Of a stretch of 64,000 bases of DNA, positions 49,260 through 59,462 are shown in pieces (within the stretch, counting starts at the first letter, position 1; every line of letters starts with the position of its first letter). A program made the translations under genes and the position numbers. A model generated the notes under the pieces. It made no database searches. It had not been told where the DNA came from and saw only the letters and a program-made list of their open reading frames with translations. This stretch comes from an uncultured cyanobacterium (GTDB lineage: Bacteria; Cyanobacteriota; Cyanobacteriia; Cyanobacteriales; CAWUOF01): positions 1,440,001-1,504,000 of the forward strand of contig CAVUSO010000001.1 in NCBI GenBank assembly GCA_963744145.1, read 5' to 3'.

Positions 49260-50363
49260 ATGGCCTTAAATTTTCAGTTTGCTGTGATCAGCGATTTGCA
49301 CATTGCTCTTCCCCATACCATTTGGGACCAAACTCACCGATTGCATTTGGTGGAAACGAGTATCCCTTGCTTAGAATCTGTTTTACAGCATTTGTCTAAT
49401 TTAGATTTAGACTTTTTACTTCTACCAGGAGATTTGACCCAACATGGTGAACCAGATAATCATTCTTGGTTGGCTGATCGTTTGGCTCAATTGCCTTATC
49501 CAGTATATGTGATTCCCGGCAATCATGATATTCCATGTTTAGAGTCTGATGGTCGATCGATTGGAATGGCTGATTTCCCTTTCTATTACCGTCGATCTGG
49601 TTATCATAACACAGAAGAACTATATTACACTTGTGAAATTTTACCTGGGGTCAGGTTAATTGGTCTTAACTCTAACCTATTTGACGCTGATGGTAAACAA
49701 TTAGGACGGTTAAGCGATCGGCAATTAGTCTGGTTAGAACAGGTCCTAACTGGATCTCAGGATCAGTTAATTATCGTCACTATCCACCATAATATTCTCG
49801 AACACTTACCTGATCAATCTCGTCATCCCCTAGGACGTAGATATATGCTGGAAAATGCTTCTACATTATTACAGTTGTTACGTTCGGCTGGTGTGCAATT
49901 GATATTTACAGGTCATTTGCACGTTCAGGATATTGTCGGTGAGCAAGGATTATATGATATTACTACAGGCTCTTTAGTTAGCTATCCCCATGCTTATCGG
50001 GTTTTAAATTTTGCTGAAGATGATCAGGGTCGAAGAACTTTACAGATCGAGTCCCATCGAGTCACCTCTGTCCCAGAATACCCCGATCTCCCACAAACCT
50101 CACGAGAATGGATTGGCGATCGATCGTTTCCGTTTATGCTCAAGTTGCTAAGTGAACCCCCTTTAAATTTACCTCTTTTAGATGCTAAAGAATTAGTTCC
50201 TCACTTACGTTATTTCTGGGCTGAAGTTGCTGCGGGTGATGCTGTTTTTGATTTTCCCAATTTTCCTCCGACTGTGCGTCAGTTTTTGGAAAGTTTTAGT
50301 GCTACTAATACCTCCCTACCCATTTTCCATGATAATTGTGTGACTTTAAAACTAAATTTTTAA
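49260..50363 (+). CDS. Calcineurin-like metallophosphoesterase
   Basis: SDLH, GDLT, GNHD, HH, GHLH. Confidence 0.9.
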   Translation: MALNFQFAVISDLHIALPHTIWDQTHRLHLVETSIPCLESVLQHLSNLDLDFLLLPGDLTQHGEPDNHSWLADRLAQLPYPVYVIPGNHDIPCLESDGRSIGMADFPFYYRRSGYHNTEELYYTCEILPGVRLIGLNSNLFDADGKQLGRLSDRQLVWLEQVLTGSQDQLIIVTIHHNILEHLPDQSRHPLGRRYMLENASTLLQLLRSAGVQLIFTGHLHVQDIVGEQGLYDITTGSLVSYPHAYRVLNFAEDDQGRRTLQIESHRVTSVPEYPDLPQTSREWIGDRSFPFMLKLLSEPPLNLPLLDAKELVPHLRYFWAEVAAGDAVFDFPNFPPTVRQFLESFSATNTSLPIFHDNCVTLKLNF

Positions 50364-50382
50364 GATTGACATGATTAATTAA

Positions 50383-51060
50383 TCATGCTTCTTCCTGGAG
50401 ATTAGCTAGGAGTTTTTCCACTTGATCAACTTTAAAAAAGAAGATGATCTCTGCTCCAGATTGGGCATCATTTCCCAACATATTGGCATATTGTTTGGGT
50501 AACAATCCGCTCCATCGATCTAAGTATTTTTTAATTCCTGATGGGGGTAAATCAACTTTAAATAGGATTTTTCCAAATAAAATTGTGGTCTGACTGGCTA
50601 GATTATTGACTAATAGTTCTGCAACGGTACTTTCTACATAGTTAGGAACCATATAGGTAATATTGTCATCTAATACCTTACTAATTACTCCCATTAAGCC
50701 ATTGAAGAAAATATTACCAACTTCACCAATTGTTCTTTTAATTACTCCATCTTGATCAAGATGACGACGTTCTTCACCAGCAATAATATCGACAATTGCT
50801 TCTGAAGTATCTGGGGGAAAAACTAAAGTAGCAATCCCGGTAAATTCTCCTCTAATTACCAATTCCATGTTAGCCACCTGATCAACACCAAAACGTTCCG
50901 ATAGATCCTGGGCTAATTGCTGCTCAGAAAATGTTTTAATCGGACAGATTTGGAAGCAAAGGGGGGATTCACTTAAATAAGTCAACATGGAATTAGCACG
51001 ATTAATACCTTGGTTGAACAACTTCTGTAAGGAATTTATTTGAGCAACAGTTAAATTCAT
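50383..51060 (-). CDS. CheC-like chemotaxis phosphatase family protein
   Basis: LFNQGINRANSML, GEFTGIATLVF, EVGNI (ExxN); the first ExxN appears degenerate (KLFN). Confidence 0.72.
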   Translation of the reverse strand: MNLTVAQINSLQKLFNQGINRANSMLTYLSESPLCFQICPIKTFSEQQLAQDLSERFGVDQVANMELVIRGEFTGIATLVFPPDTSEAIVDIIAGEERRHLDQDGVIKRTIGEVGNIFFNGLMGVISKVLDDNITYMVPNYVESTVAELLVNNLASQTTILFGKILFKVDLPPSGIKKYLDRWSGLLPKQYANMLGNDAQSGAEIIFFFKVDQVEKLLANLQEEA

Positions 51061-51120
51061 AGTAAATCCCCCCAAATGGGATCTAAGATTTTGATTGCTA
51101 GTTTAATCAGGACAACAAGA

Positions 51121-52359
51121 TCAACTCGAAAGTTGACGACAGATCCCAAATACAGAGGTATAGCCATGTAAGAAGGTACTACCACCCACTGGTCCAATTT
51201 CACCATTACAAAAAAAGCCACTAATCGGAATATCACCTAAGTAGCGACGAAATAGACCCGAATCAAAGTTAGGTTGACCATAGAGTCGTTCACCGCGTCC
51301 CAAACAGGAGAACATTAAAGCCCCAGCAGGAGGAGATAAGGTGGGATTTTGAGGATAGCGTTGGAGGAGCAGTTCCAAGTCTTCAGCCGAAGTCTGAGCA
51401 TCACGCAAATGGAACTGAATCCGTTGACCAGGACGAACCCGATCGCCGATCGCGATTGCCCCTGTTTTCGGTTCAACTCCTAGCAAATTGCGGATTAAGA
51501 AATCTCCTGGTTCAAGTTCTTGTTTAAACTCATCGCGAGCCACACCAACAAACAGGGAGTGCTGTGCTAATTCACGATCAGCTTCACTGAGATTTTGCAG
51601 CAAATTTTGGAGAATTTCCAGGGGTGAATGGGAGCTCATCCGATCGCCTGGAGATATTGGGGCTAACTCTAACACAATATTACGTTCTCCTTCGGTCACG
51701 CGAACGGGCTGACCAATGGGCCGACATCCTTGAGCAACAATAGTTTCCATCACAATATTGCCACTTAGAGCGACACCAACAGTACCTTCGCGGTAGAGAC
51801 GATAATTACAAAACAGACCATTATGGGCAGCACCAAAACCACTGCTAGCCATTCCCCCCACTTTAATCGCACCTGGATAGGCAAAATCTAAACCCTGGAT
51901 CAGGTCATTACTACCACCAGACATCAAATCAGCCAATAAGATAAATTGGGGCTGGTCAACTGGAGATACACCGATGAGCTGAACCCAAGTATCCGGAGGG
52001 CTATCTAAGTCTGGCAACTTTTCGGCAGAAATATGAAAAGCTTTTACTTTTACTTCTGGTAGATGCGCTAAAGTTAAACTTAAAGCGGGTTGAGCTTCTA
52101 ATTCTTGGGCTAAACCGAAGCCATTGACACCGATAATACCACTACCACTACAACCAATCAGCGTTGGGACACCGAGCCGTTCTTGGAGCAAGGGCATTAA
52201 TCGCGAGTATTCACTGGCAAAAGCAGAGGAAATAAAGACCAACGCCAGATCTGCTTTGACTAGCAAAAGTTGCTGCGCTCGAGTCACTACTTCCTCAACT
52301 GCTGCTTCGAGAGAAGGACGAGTTGATAAGGCATTTGCCCATTTCATCGGATTAGGCAT
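51121..52359 (-). CDS. FIST N/C domain signal-transduction protein
   Basis: WANALSTRPSLEAA, GCSGSG, VAQGCRPIG, FHLRD, FSCLGRG, GFFCNGEIGP, HGYT. Confidence 0.9.
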   Translation of the reverse strand: MPNPMKWANALSTRPSLEAAVEEVVTRAQQLLLVKADLALVFISSAFASEYSRLMPLLQERLGVPTLIGCSGSGIIGVNGFGLAQELEAQPALSLTLAHLPEVKVKAFHISAEKLPDLDSPPDTWVQLIGVSPVDQPQFILLADLMSGGSNDLIQGLDFAYPGAIKVGGMASSGFGAAHNGLFCNYRLYREGTVGVALSGNIVMETIVAQGCRPIGQPVRVTEGERNIVLELAPISPGDRMSSHSPLEILQNLLQNLSEADRELAQHSLFVGVARDEFKQELEPGDFLIRNLLGVEPKTGAIAIGDRVRPGQRIQFHLRDAQTSAEDLELLLQRYPQNPTLSPPAGALMFSCLGRGERLYGQPNFDSGLFRRYLGDIPISGFFCNGEIGPVGGSTFLHGYTSVFGICRQLSS

Positions 52360-52600
52360 GAATTTTACGTTAGTTAATCTTCCCATTAATTGATCATCAG
52401 GAATTTTTTCTGACCGATCCGGGTATGATGCAGTTAGAGTGAACGTTTGCCACCCAGACTGTTAAGATTAAATCTGACAAGATGCCATTCACATTTAGGT
52501 GTGTTCAACCTGATTGTTTTATTTTCTCATATTCGTCGTTACAAAGGAGGCGGGCTTGTGTCAATCTTGTGTTAAAGATTGGTGTCTAGCTCGATTTTTT

Positions 52601-52996
52601 ATGAAAACCGTTCTGATTGTAGAAGACGATCTCATTAATGCTCGTGTTTTCTCAAAAATTTTGACCAAACGTGGTGGTTTGGCAGTTAAACACACTGAAA
52701 ATGTGGAAGAGGTGATCCAAATTGCCCAAGCTGGGGAAGCTGATGTCATTTTAATGGATGTTTCTTTAGCCCACAGTGTTTACCAAGGTAAGTCTGTAGA
52801 CGGAATTAAAATTACCCAAATGTTGAAGTCCGATCCAAAAACTGCCAACTTGCCGATTATTTTGGTGACAGCCCATGCGATGGCAGGCGATCGCGAAAAT
52901 TTTCTCAAACAAAGCGGTGCCGATGGTTATATTTCTAAACCGGTGGTGGATCATCAAGGATTTGTGGATCAGATCGTGGCTTTATTACCCCAATAA
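52601..52996 (+). CDS. Single-domain response regulator (DivK-like)
   Basis: MKTVLIVEDD, ILMDVSL, VTAHAMAGDRE, SKP; ATG 52601 preferred. Confidence 0.9.
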   Translation: MKTVLIVEDDLINARVFSKILTKRGGLAVKHTENVEEVIQIAQAGEADVILMDVSLAHSVYQGKSVDGIKITQMLKSDPKTANLPIILVTAHAMAGDRENFLKQSGADGYISKPVVDHQGFVDQIVALLPQ

Positions 52997-52997
52997 G

Positions 52998-53023
52998 AGA
53001 CAGAAGTCAGAAGGCTTCTGTCT
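52998..53023. terminator. Hairpin between convergent genes
   Basis: AGACAGAAGTC-agaa-GGCTTCTGTCT. Confidence 0.6.
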
Positions 53024-53051
53024 TCTGTTTATGGGTGCAAAACGCTCAAAA

Positions 53052-53931
53052 TTAATTTTGCAGTTGAGGTGTTTTTGGTTGCTCTTGGAGTTTCGCCAGA
53101 GTAGCTTGAATCCGGGGAGTTTGGAGAAGTGTTCGGGTATCTTTGAGTAAGTGTTCGCCCCAGAGGTTTTCTTTAAGAAACGCCAAATCTCCATAACGAT
53201 CATCTAATTGGAGAGCGGACTCAGCCTTAGCTAAACCTTCTTCTTGATTGCCTTGAGTATAAAGAGCGACAGCCGTGGCCAAGAGAGGTTCTGCTGCTTT
53301 TTGCTCAATTGCTAATGCAGCTCGCCATTGGCTGAGCACCAGGGACATCACCAGTTTCGTATTTGACTAAACCGATATTATTGAGTGCTGGCCAAAATGT
53401 TTTTTCAGCGGTAACAGCATTTTCATATTGGGCGATCGCTTGATCAAATTGACCAAGCATATAATAAGCATTACCCAAGTCAAACAGAGCGCCAGGTGTA
53501 TTGGGTTTAAATGTCAACCCCAATTGCAACTCTTTCACCGCATCATTATATTGTTTCTTTTGAAAATAGGCTGAACCTAAAGCAAACAGAATCGAAGGAT
53601 TTTCGGGATCAAGCGACTGAGCTTGTTGGAGAGCATTAATCCCATTATTCACATCCTCAGTTTGCAAATATAAGCTACCAAGCAGAACCCAAACACGATA
53701 GTTTTTTGGTGCTAACTGGGTCGCTAGTTTCGCTCTAGACAAAGCGATATCATATTGGTGAGACTGGGCGTATAAGGCCGCTTCCTCGGCCAGATTTAAG
53801 CCCTTATTTTCAAGGTTGGTCGAGTCTAGGGGTAAAGTATGGGGCAGCAAAGCTTGTCCAACAGCGGGTTTAGCAACGCCCCATAAGCTGAGGATCATGA
53901 TTAGCGAGAGGAAAGGAATGGGTTTAGGCAC
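53052..53931 (-). pseudogene. Secreted TPR protein split by a frameshift near 53335
   Basis: ORF 53305-53931 (signal peptide, TPRs) ends mid-TPR at NIGLVKYETGDVPGA; ORF 53052-53351 continues SQWRAAL...LKENLWG in another frame. Confidence 0.78.
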
Positions 53932-54190
53932 GGAAAAGCCTCAAGGAAAAGGGATAAAGTGTGTTCACGTAGATTAGACCATTTCCATCCTATCCTGACA
54001 AAAATTAGAGAGAAAGACCAGTATTTGCTGAAATCTGGGACGGTTAAAATTAGGCGCAAAAACCTGATCGGGAAAAATAAATATGATCAGGTAGTGAGTC
54101 AAATGATAAAGTCAAAGCTATTCTGAAAGTGCCGACTTAGGTCGGGCGACTATCTATTTTTATTCAGGATCGGAATCGAACGGTTTTTTT

Positions 54191-55690
54191 ATGCCTTTTC
54201 CCAGATCTAGTGGTATTTTGTTACATCCTACCTCTTTTCCCAGTCGCTACGGCATTGGCGATTTGGGATCTGATGCTTATCGCTTTATTGATTTTTTAGC
54301 AGAAAGTAGCCAACAACTATGGCAAATCTTGCCTGTTGGGCCAACAGGCTATGGCAATTCTCCCTATATGTCTTATTCGGCAATGGCTGGTAATCATTTG
54401 TTGATTAGTCCAGAACAGCTAGGTAATTATGGTTTGTTGACTGGGGCTGATTTAGCTAATCTGCCAGAATTTCCAGCTACTAGAGTGGATTTTGAAGTCG
54501 TGATTGCCACCAAAATGAATTTGTTCTGGCAAGCGTTTGATCGTTTCCAACATCAGCCAAATCATGAATTTGAGCAATTTTGCCAGAATAGCCAAGATTG
54601 GTTGGATGATTATGCTTTATTTATGGCGATCAAAAAGGTGAATCAGGGTAAGGCTTGGAATGCTTGGGATACTCTGATTGCTAAACGTCAACCCGAGGCG
54701 ATCGCGACTTGTCAGGAATCTCTGAAAACTGAGGTAATGTTCTACAAATACCTTCAGTTTGAATTTTTTCGTCAGTGGTCGCCCCTGAAGCAATATGCTA
54801 ATCAGCGTGGGATTCAAATTATTGGTGATATTCCCATTTATGTTGCCCATGATAGTGCGGATGTTTGGTCAAATCCAGAAATTTTTTGTCTAGATGTGAA
54901 AACTGGTGAACCGGCAGGAATGGCAGGTGTTCCCCCTGATTATTTCAGCTCGACCGGACAATTGTGGGGTAATCCAGTTTATCTGTGGCGAGAATTAGCG
55001 AAGCAAGATTTTGCTTGGTGGGTCAAGCGTTTCCAGGGTCTACTGAATTATGTAGATATCATTCGCATTGACCATTTCCGAGGCTTTGAAGCGTTTTGGC
55101 AAGTTAAACAGGGAGAAACAACTGCCATCAAAGGAAAGTGGGTGAAAGCGCCAGGGGATGCTTTATTTACCGTTGTGAACGAAAAGTTAGGTAAACTACC
55201 AATTGTGGCCGAAGATTTGGGGACAATAAGTCCAGAGGTAGAAGCATTAAGAGATAAATTTGAGTTTCCGGGCATGAAGATTTTACAGTTTGCCTTTGGC
55301 TCTGGTGCCGGAAATCCTTATTTACCTTTTAATTATGATTCGCGCAATTGCTTGGTTTATACTGGAACTCATGACAATGACACGACCATTGGTTGGTTTA
55401 ACCAGTTAGGTGAGGGCGACAAAGCGGGTCTGTTGGCTTATTTGGGTTCAATCAGCACTGATGGTGTTCATTGGGATCTGATCCGGCTAGCGCTGAGTTC
55501 GGTAGGAAATCAGGCAATTATTCCTTTACAAGATCTTTTGGGTTTGGATACCCATGGGAGAATGAATATGCCAGGTAAATCTGATGAGGGGAATTGGAGC
55601 TGGCGCTATCAAGCTGAGGATTTAACTCCCCAAATTCGCGATCGGCTCAAAGGTATGACCGAAACCTATGGTCGCGCTCATCATCATTAA
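54191..55690 (+). CDS. malQ: 4-alpha-glucanotransferase (GH77)
   Basis: SGILLHPTS, GDIPIYV, GVPPDYFS.TGQLWGNP, RIDHFRG, AEDLG, YTGTHDNDT. Confidence 0.96.
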   Translation: MPFPRSSGILLHPTSFPSRYGIGDLGSDAYRFIDFLAESSQQLWQILPVGPTGYGNSPYMSYSAMAGNHLLISPEQLGNYGLLTGADLANLPEFPATRVDFEVVIATKMNLFWQAFDRFQHQPNHEFEQFCQNSQDWLDDYALFMAIKKVNQGKAWNAWDTLIAKRQPEAIATCQESLKTEVMFYKYLQFEFFRQWSPLKQYANQRGIQIIGDIPIYVAHDSADVWSNPEIFCLDVKTGEPAGMAGVPPDYFSSTGQLWGNPVYLWRELAKQDFAWWVKRFQGLLNYVDIIRIDHFRGFEAFWQVKQGETTAIKGKWVKAPGDALFTVVNEKLGKLPIVAEDLGTISPEVEALRDKFEFPGMKILQFAFGSGAGNPYLPFNYDSRNCLVYTGTHDNDTTIGWFNQLGEGDKAGLLAYLGSISTDGVHWDLIRLALSSVGNQAIIPLQDLLGLDTHGRMNMPGKSDEGNWSWRYQAEDLTPQIRDRLKGMTETYGRAHHH

Positions 55691-55759
55691 AAACTAATTA
55701 GATAAACGGCGAATCGTTTCGGTATCCTCAGACGCCGTTTGTCTTTTTTTGGGGTTTAT

Positions 55760-56584
55760 TTAAGACCTGGGAGTAGCTTTAAAAGTGACTTCTTCTGGCA
55801 TTCCTGGAGATCCCAATTGCTTGGCTTTTTCATCATTAAAAGCCACTAATACTCCACCAGCATTTCCCGCGAGAACTACTAATTTTTCATCCGCTACCCA
55901 AGTCCGCTGAGTCCCTTCTGGCAAAGTCCCTTCAAATTCCATTTTGCCATCAGCTACTACTCGAATCCAGGATTGCGCTTTGAAGATCACACCAACCCGG
56001 ACTGGTTTATGGGGTTGGTTAGGAGTTTTATTTTTGATAATTGTTCCCGTTTTCAGCGGACCTAAATTTTTGGGCTGATTAGCAATGACTTTACCTTCGG
56101 ACAGGGTGGGATGAGCTTCAGAATCCCGATTATTGTCCATATCGCTAGCCTGCATGGCTGACTGACGAATCAGATAGGATAAGCTATTCACAGCACAAAT
56201 AATCACAGCTATATAAACTAAATAAAGGTGTATTGGTCGGAGCTGTGCGGCTGGTAGATATTGCCAGAAAGGTCTTAATCTCATGATGAACGAGTCAGTG
56301 GGAAAGTCTTGGGCTAATAATTCGCCATTCAATCCCAGCGCATTCGCAAATCGTTTAATAAAGCCCTGGATATATACTGGTTCAGGTAATTTTTCTAATT
56401 GACCTTCTTCGATCGCCCGCAGTTGACTGACCCGAATTAGGGTTTTGAAAGCAACTTCTTCGAGGGAAAGCTCTTGTTCTTGACGCAAGACTTTTAATTT
56501 TGCCCCAATCAGCGCCAATTTTTCAGCTCGTTCTTGCTGTGGACTTAGTTTATTTTTTTTATTATTTCTCTTATTTTTCTTCAT
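55760..56584 (-). CDS. rodZ: RodZ-like HTH membrane protein (DUF4115 C-terminus)
   Basis: N-terminal HTH with LPEPVYIQGFIKRFA, TM, SWIRVVADG, GNAGGV. Confidence 0.75.
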   Translation of the reverse strand: MKKNKRNNKKNKLSPQQERAEKLALIGAKLKVLRQEQELSLEEVAFKTLIRVSQLRAIEEGQLEKLPEPVYIQGFIKRFANALGLNGELLAQDFPTDSFIMRLRPFWQYLPAAQLRPIHLYLVYIAVIICAVNSLSYLIRQSAMQASDMDNNRDSEAHPTLSEGKVIANQPKNLGPLKTGTIIKNKTPNQPHKPVRVGVIFKAQSWIRVVADGKMEFEGTLPEGTQRTWVADEKLVVLAGNAGGVLVAFNDEKAKQLGSPGMPEEVTFKATPRS

Positions 56585-56615
56585 ATCCTGTGCTCCTCGA
56601 GGTCTGTTGGCACAT

Positions 56616-57368
56616 TTACTTATTTACTGATATTAGTTTGACTTGGGTTCGTAAAAAACTGATTTCTGATGGTTTGAGAAAACGATAATGCCCACTCGGC
56701 AAATCTGCCAATGGAATTGGACCGATGGCGGTACGATGTAAGGTTAACACTGGATATCCTAGTTGTTCAGCGACTCTTCTAATTTGTCGATTTCTTCCCT
56801 CTTGTAAAACTACTTCTAAAAGTGTTTGACAATCGGGATGCCATTTTAACACTTTGACTTTGGCTGGTAAGGTTTTTCTGCCAGATAAGACAATTCCTTG
56901 ACGCCATTGTGCCAAGATTAATTCGGGTGGGTTGCCCTTAATCCACACCTGATAGGTTTTGGGGATCTGATGACGGGGATGGGTCAAATAAAAGGTGAGA
57001 TCGCCATCATTGGTCAGGAGTAATGCACCCGTAGATTCAGCATCTAAGCGTCCAACCGGATGTAATCCCTCTCCTTGGCTGAAGTTGGACGGGAGAAGGT
57101 CTAAAACAGTAGTTCGCTGCTGTGGATCTTTACAGGTCGAAACTACCCCAGCGGGTTTGTGCAGTAAAAGATAGATCAGATGAGGTCGATTGGACTGATT
57201 GATCAGCTTACCATCGACTTCGATTCGATCCTTGTCTGGATCGGCTTTTTGCCCCAAGCCAACTACTGTGCCATTTAATCTCACTCGTCCTGCCAGGATC
57301 ATTTGTTCGGCTTGACGACGTGAGGCAATGCCCCATTGCGATAAGATTTTTTGCAGCCTTTCATCCAT
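56616..57368 (-). CDS. rRNA pseudouridine synthase (RsuA/RluB family)
   Basis: [17 protein letters not shown]4 domain, [18 protein letters not shown]. Confidence 0.93.
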   Translation of the reverse strand: MDERLQKILSQWGIASRRQAEQMILAGRVRLNGTVVGLGQKADPDKDRIEVDGKLINQSNRPHLIYLLLHKPAGVVSTCKDPQQRTTVLDLLPSNFSQGEGLHPVGRLDAESTGALLLTNDGDLTFYLTHPRHQIPKTYQVWIKGNPPELILAQWRQGIVLSGRKTLPAKVKVLKWHPDCQTLLEVVLQEGRNRQIRRVAEQLGYPVLTLHRTAIGPIPLADLPSGHYRFLKPSEISFLRTQVKLISVNK

Positions 57369-57635
57369 TGAGTGACTGCTGTGTATATTTCTAGGTCGGT
57401 TAATTTCAAACTTAATTTTGCCATTAATTCAGAAAATTTGTGTAAAAACATTACACTTTTTTTGGCGATGACGATCGCCCAACTGTCCCAGCCGTGATTA
57501 GGGTGGACTAATTAAATCAGAAATTGGCTGGCGTAATCCAGGACTTTACTTCCCGAATTAATATAAATATAGCATAAATTTTGTGAAGCAAGTACGGGTT
57601 ATATTGCACTTGCTTGTTCGATTGAGTCGTCAGCA

Positions 57636-58154
57636 ATGGACAGGGATGCAGAGATTGAAGGAAATTATCGCTATTTATTAGGTCGGATGTGGAATCCCCA
57701 AACTCCAAGAGTTGTTTTTGTGATGCTTAACCCCAGTACAGCGGATCATCGCCATGATGACAAGACGCTGAAAAAATGTATTCATTTTGCCCAATCTTGG
57801 GGTTACGGTTCCCTCGATGTCGTTAATTTGTTTGCTTATCGTACCTCTAACCCGGGTGAGCTACATCAAGTGCCAGATCCTGTAGGTGCAAAGAATAACT
57901 ACTATATTGTCAAAGGAATCAACCGTGCTGAGAAAATTGTGTTAGCATGGGGTAATCACGGTAATTTTGGACAGCGCGATCAAGAAGTTTTACAACTAAT
58001 TTCTGGGCAATTAATTTTTGAGCATAAGCCTGTCTACTGTCTGGGTTATACAAAGTTAGGAAATCCACGTCACCCACGCGATCTTCCTCTAAATAGTTCT
58101 CTGGTTCCTTTTGCCATGCCACTATTCCAGTTAGTGCTCAATTTAGAAATATAA
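57636..58154 (+). CDS. DUF1643 family protein
   Basis: YRYLL.R.W, MLNPSTAD, DD.T, WGYG...NLFAYR, LAWG, PRHP. Confidence 0.85.
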   Translation: MDRDAEIEGNYRYLLGRMWNPQTPRVVFVMLNPSTADHRHDDKTLKKCIHFAQSWGYGSLDVVNLFAYRTSNPGELHQVPDPVGAKNNYYIVKGINRAEKIVLAWGNHGNFGQRDQEVLQLISGQLIFEHKPVYCLGYTKLGNPRHPRDLPLNSSLVPFAMPLFQLVLNLEI

Positions 58155-58242
58155 GGTAAATCTAAGTGCGATCGCTTTATATTATATGATATAATGGTAA
58201 ACTGTTCTTTAGTGAGCCGACGGTTATTGGCCATATTTATTT

Positions 58243-59220
58243 ATGCAAAAAAGACCAGAAATTTTTGAGATCTACTGGAAATTTGCGGCCTGGCGGCAAG
58301 AAGTTTTTTTTAAGAAAATGAAAAATATGCCTCGTCCTTGGACAGAGGATAATATTATCAATACCTATAAATTTTGTAATGCTTATCGAGCCAGCGATCG
58401 CGTTTCCCAATATTTAATCAAACAGGTTATTTATCAAGGTAATTATAATGAAGAAGATATTATTTTTAGAATTTTGTTATTTAAAATATTTAACAAAATC
58501 GAGACTTGGCAATTATTAGAAAGTAAATTAGGTGATATTACTTTAGCTGAGTTTAATTTTGATACCTATTGTGATTTACTCCAAGCAGCACTAGATGCAA
58601 ATATGGTAATTTATACCAGTGCTTATACATCCTGCCCCACTAAATATTTTGGCTATGATAAAAAACATGAAAATCATCTCGCTTTAATTAGAAATATGGT
58701 GCAGGAACAACCAATTTTCAGCAAGATCATTACAGCTAAAAGTTTTAAAGAGGTTTACCAGACTTTGCTTAATTATCCATTAATTGGCAAATTTATGGCT
58801 TATCAACTAGCAACGGATATTAACTATAGTGAAGTGATCAATTTTGATGAAAATACATTTACGATCGCTGGTCCAGGTGCGGAACGTGGAATTAGTAAAT
58901 GTTTTAGTAATTTAGGAGGTAAAAATCATGCTGATGTGATCCAGTGGATGACGGAAAACCAACATGAGCAATTTCAAAGTCTCGGGATTAATTTTCAAAG
59001 TCTCTGGGGTCTTCCTCTCAAAGCGATCGATTGTCAAAATCTGTTTTGTGAGGTAGATAAATACTGTCGAGTAGCTTTTCCTGAACTGAAAAGTAATCGG
59101 ACCAAAATCAAAGCAAAATTTACTGCTAATCCGACACCAATTGACTATTTTTATCCTCCCAAATGGAAGATCAATGAAAAGGTTCAAGTAACTCTAGCGA
59201 CTAGATTACCTTCAGGATAA
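58243..59220 (+). CDS. aGPT-Pplase1-like putative DNA base hypermodification protein (HhH-glycosylase-like fold)
   Basis: YWKFAAWRQ, PWTED, YKFCNAYRASDRVSQYLI, FKIFNKIETW, IGKFMAYQLATDINY, GPGA.RG, DCQNLFCEVDKY.RV. Confidence 0.78.
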   Translation: MQKRPEIFEIYWKFAAWRQEVFFKKMKNMPRPWTEDNIINTYKFCNAYRASDRVSQYLIKQVIYQGNYNEEDIIFRILLFKIFNKIETWQLLESKLGDITLAEFNFDTYCDLLQAALDANMVIYTSAYTSCPTKYFGYDKKHENHLALIRNMVQEQPIFSKIITAKSFKEVYQTLLNYPLIGKFMAYQLATDINYSEVINFDENTFTIAGPGAERGISKCFSNLGGKNHADVIQWMTENQHEQFQSLGINFQSLWGLPLKAIDCQNLFCEVDKYCRVAFPELKSNRTKIKAKFTANPTPIDYFYPPKWKINEKVQVTLATRLPSG

Positions 59221-59270
59221 ATCCTGCTCAAAACTAACTAAAATCAGAGCAAGTAGGTAGGAAACCTACA

Positions 59271-59288
59271 GTTAACTGAACCCTATTG
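59271..59288. repeat. Solo right end of the 27406-type MITE
   Basis: GTTAACTGAACCCTATTG vs GTTAACTGAACTGTATTG (16/18), both preceded by CCTAC(A/G). Confidence 0.6.
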
Positions 59289-59462
59289 AATTATATATCG
59301 GTTAATCCTCATTAAGAAATAGCAGAAAATTTTTGCCAGTAACCCGATTTGTGGATGTGAGTTGGATGGTGAAAATAATTAACGAATAAACTTTAATAAA
59401 CCTTAACCTTTTCTCAAGCGAGAGCTGGTTAAAATATTGGTGTAGTATATAAATTTTTATCT

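Noticed and set aside
17882..55690. amyA, GH57 and malQ as a glycogen gene cluster
   Set aside because: Separated by 9-24 kb of unrelated genes; no operon evidence.
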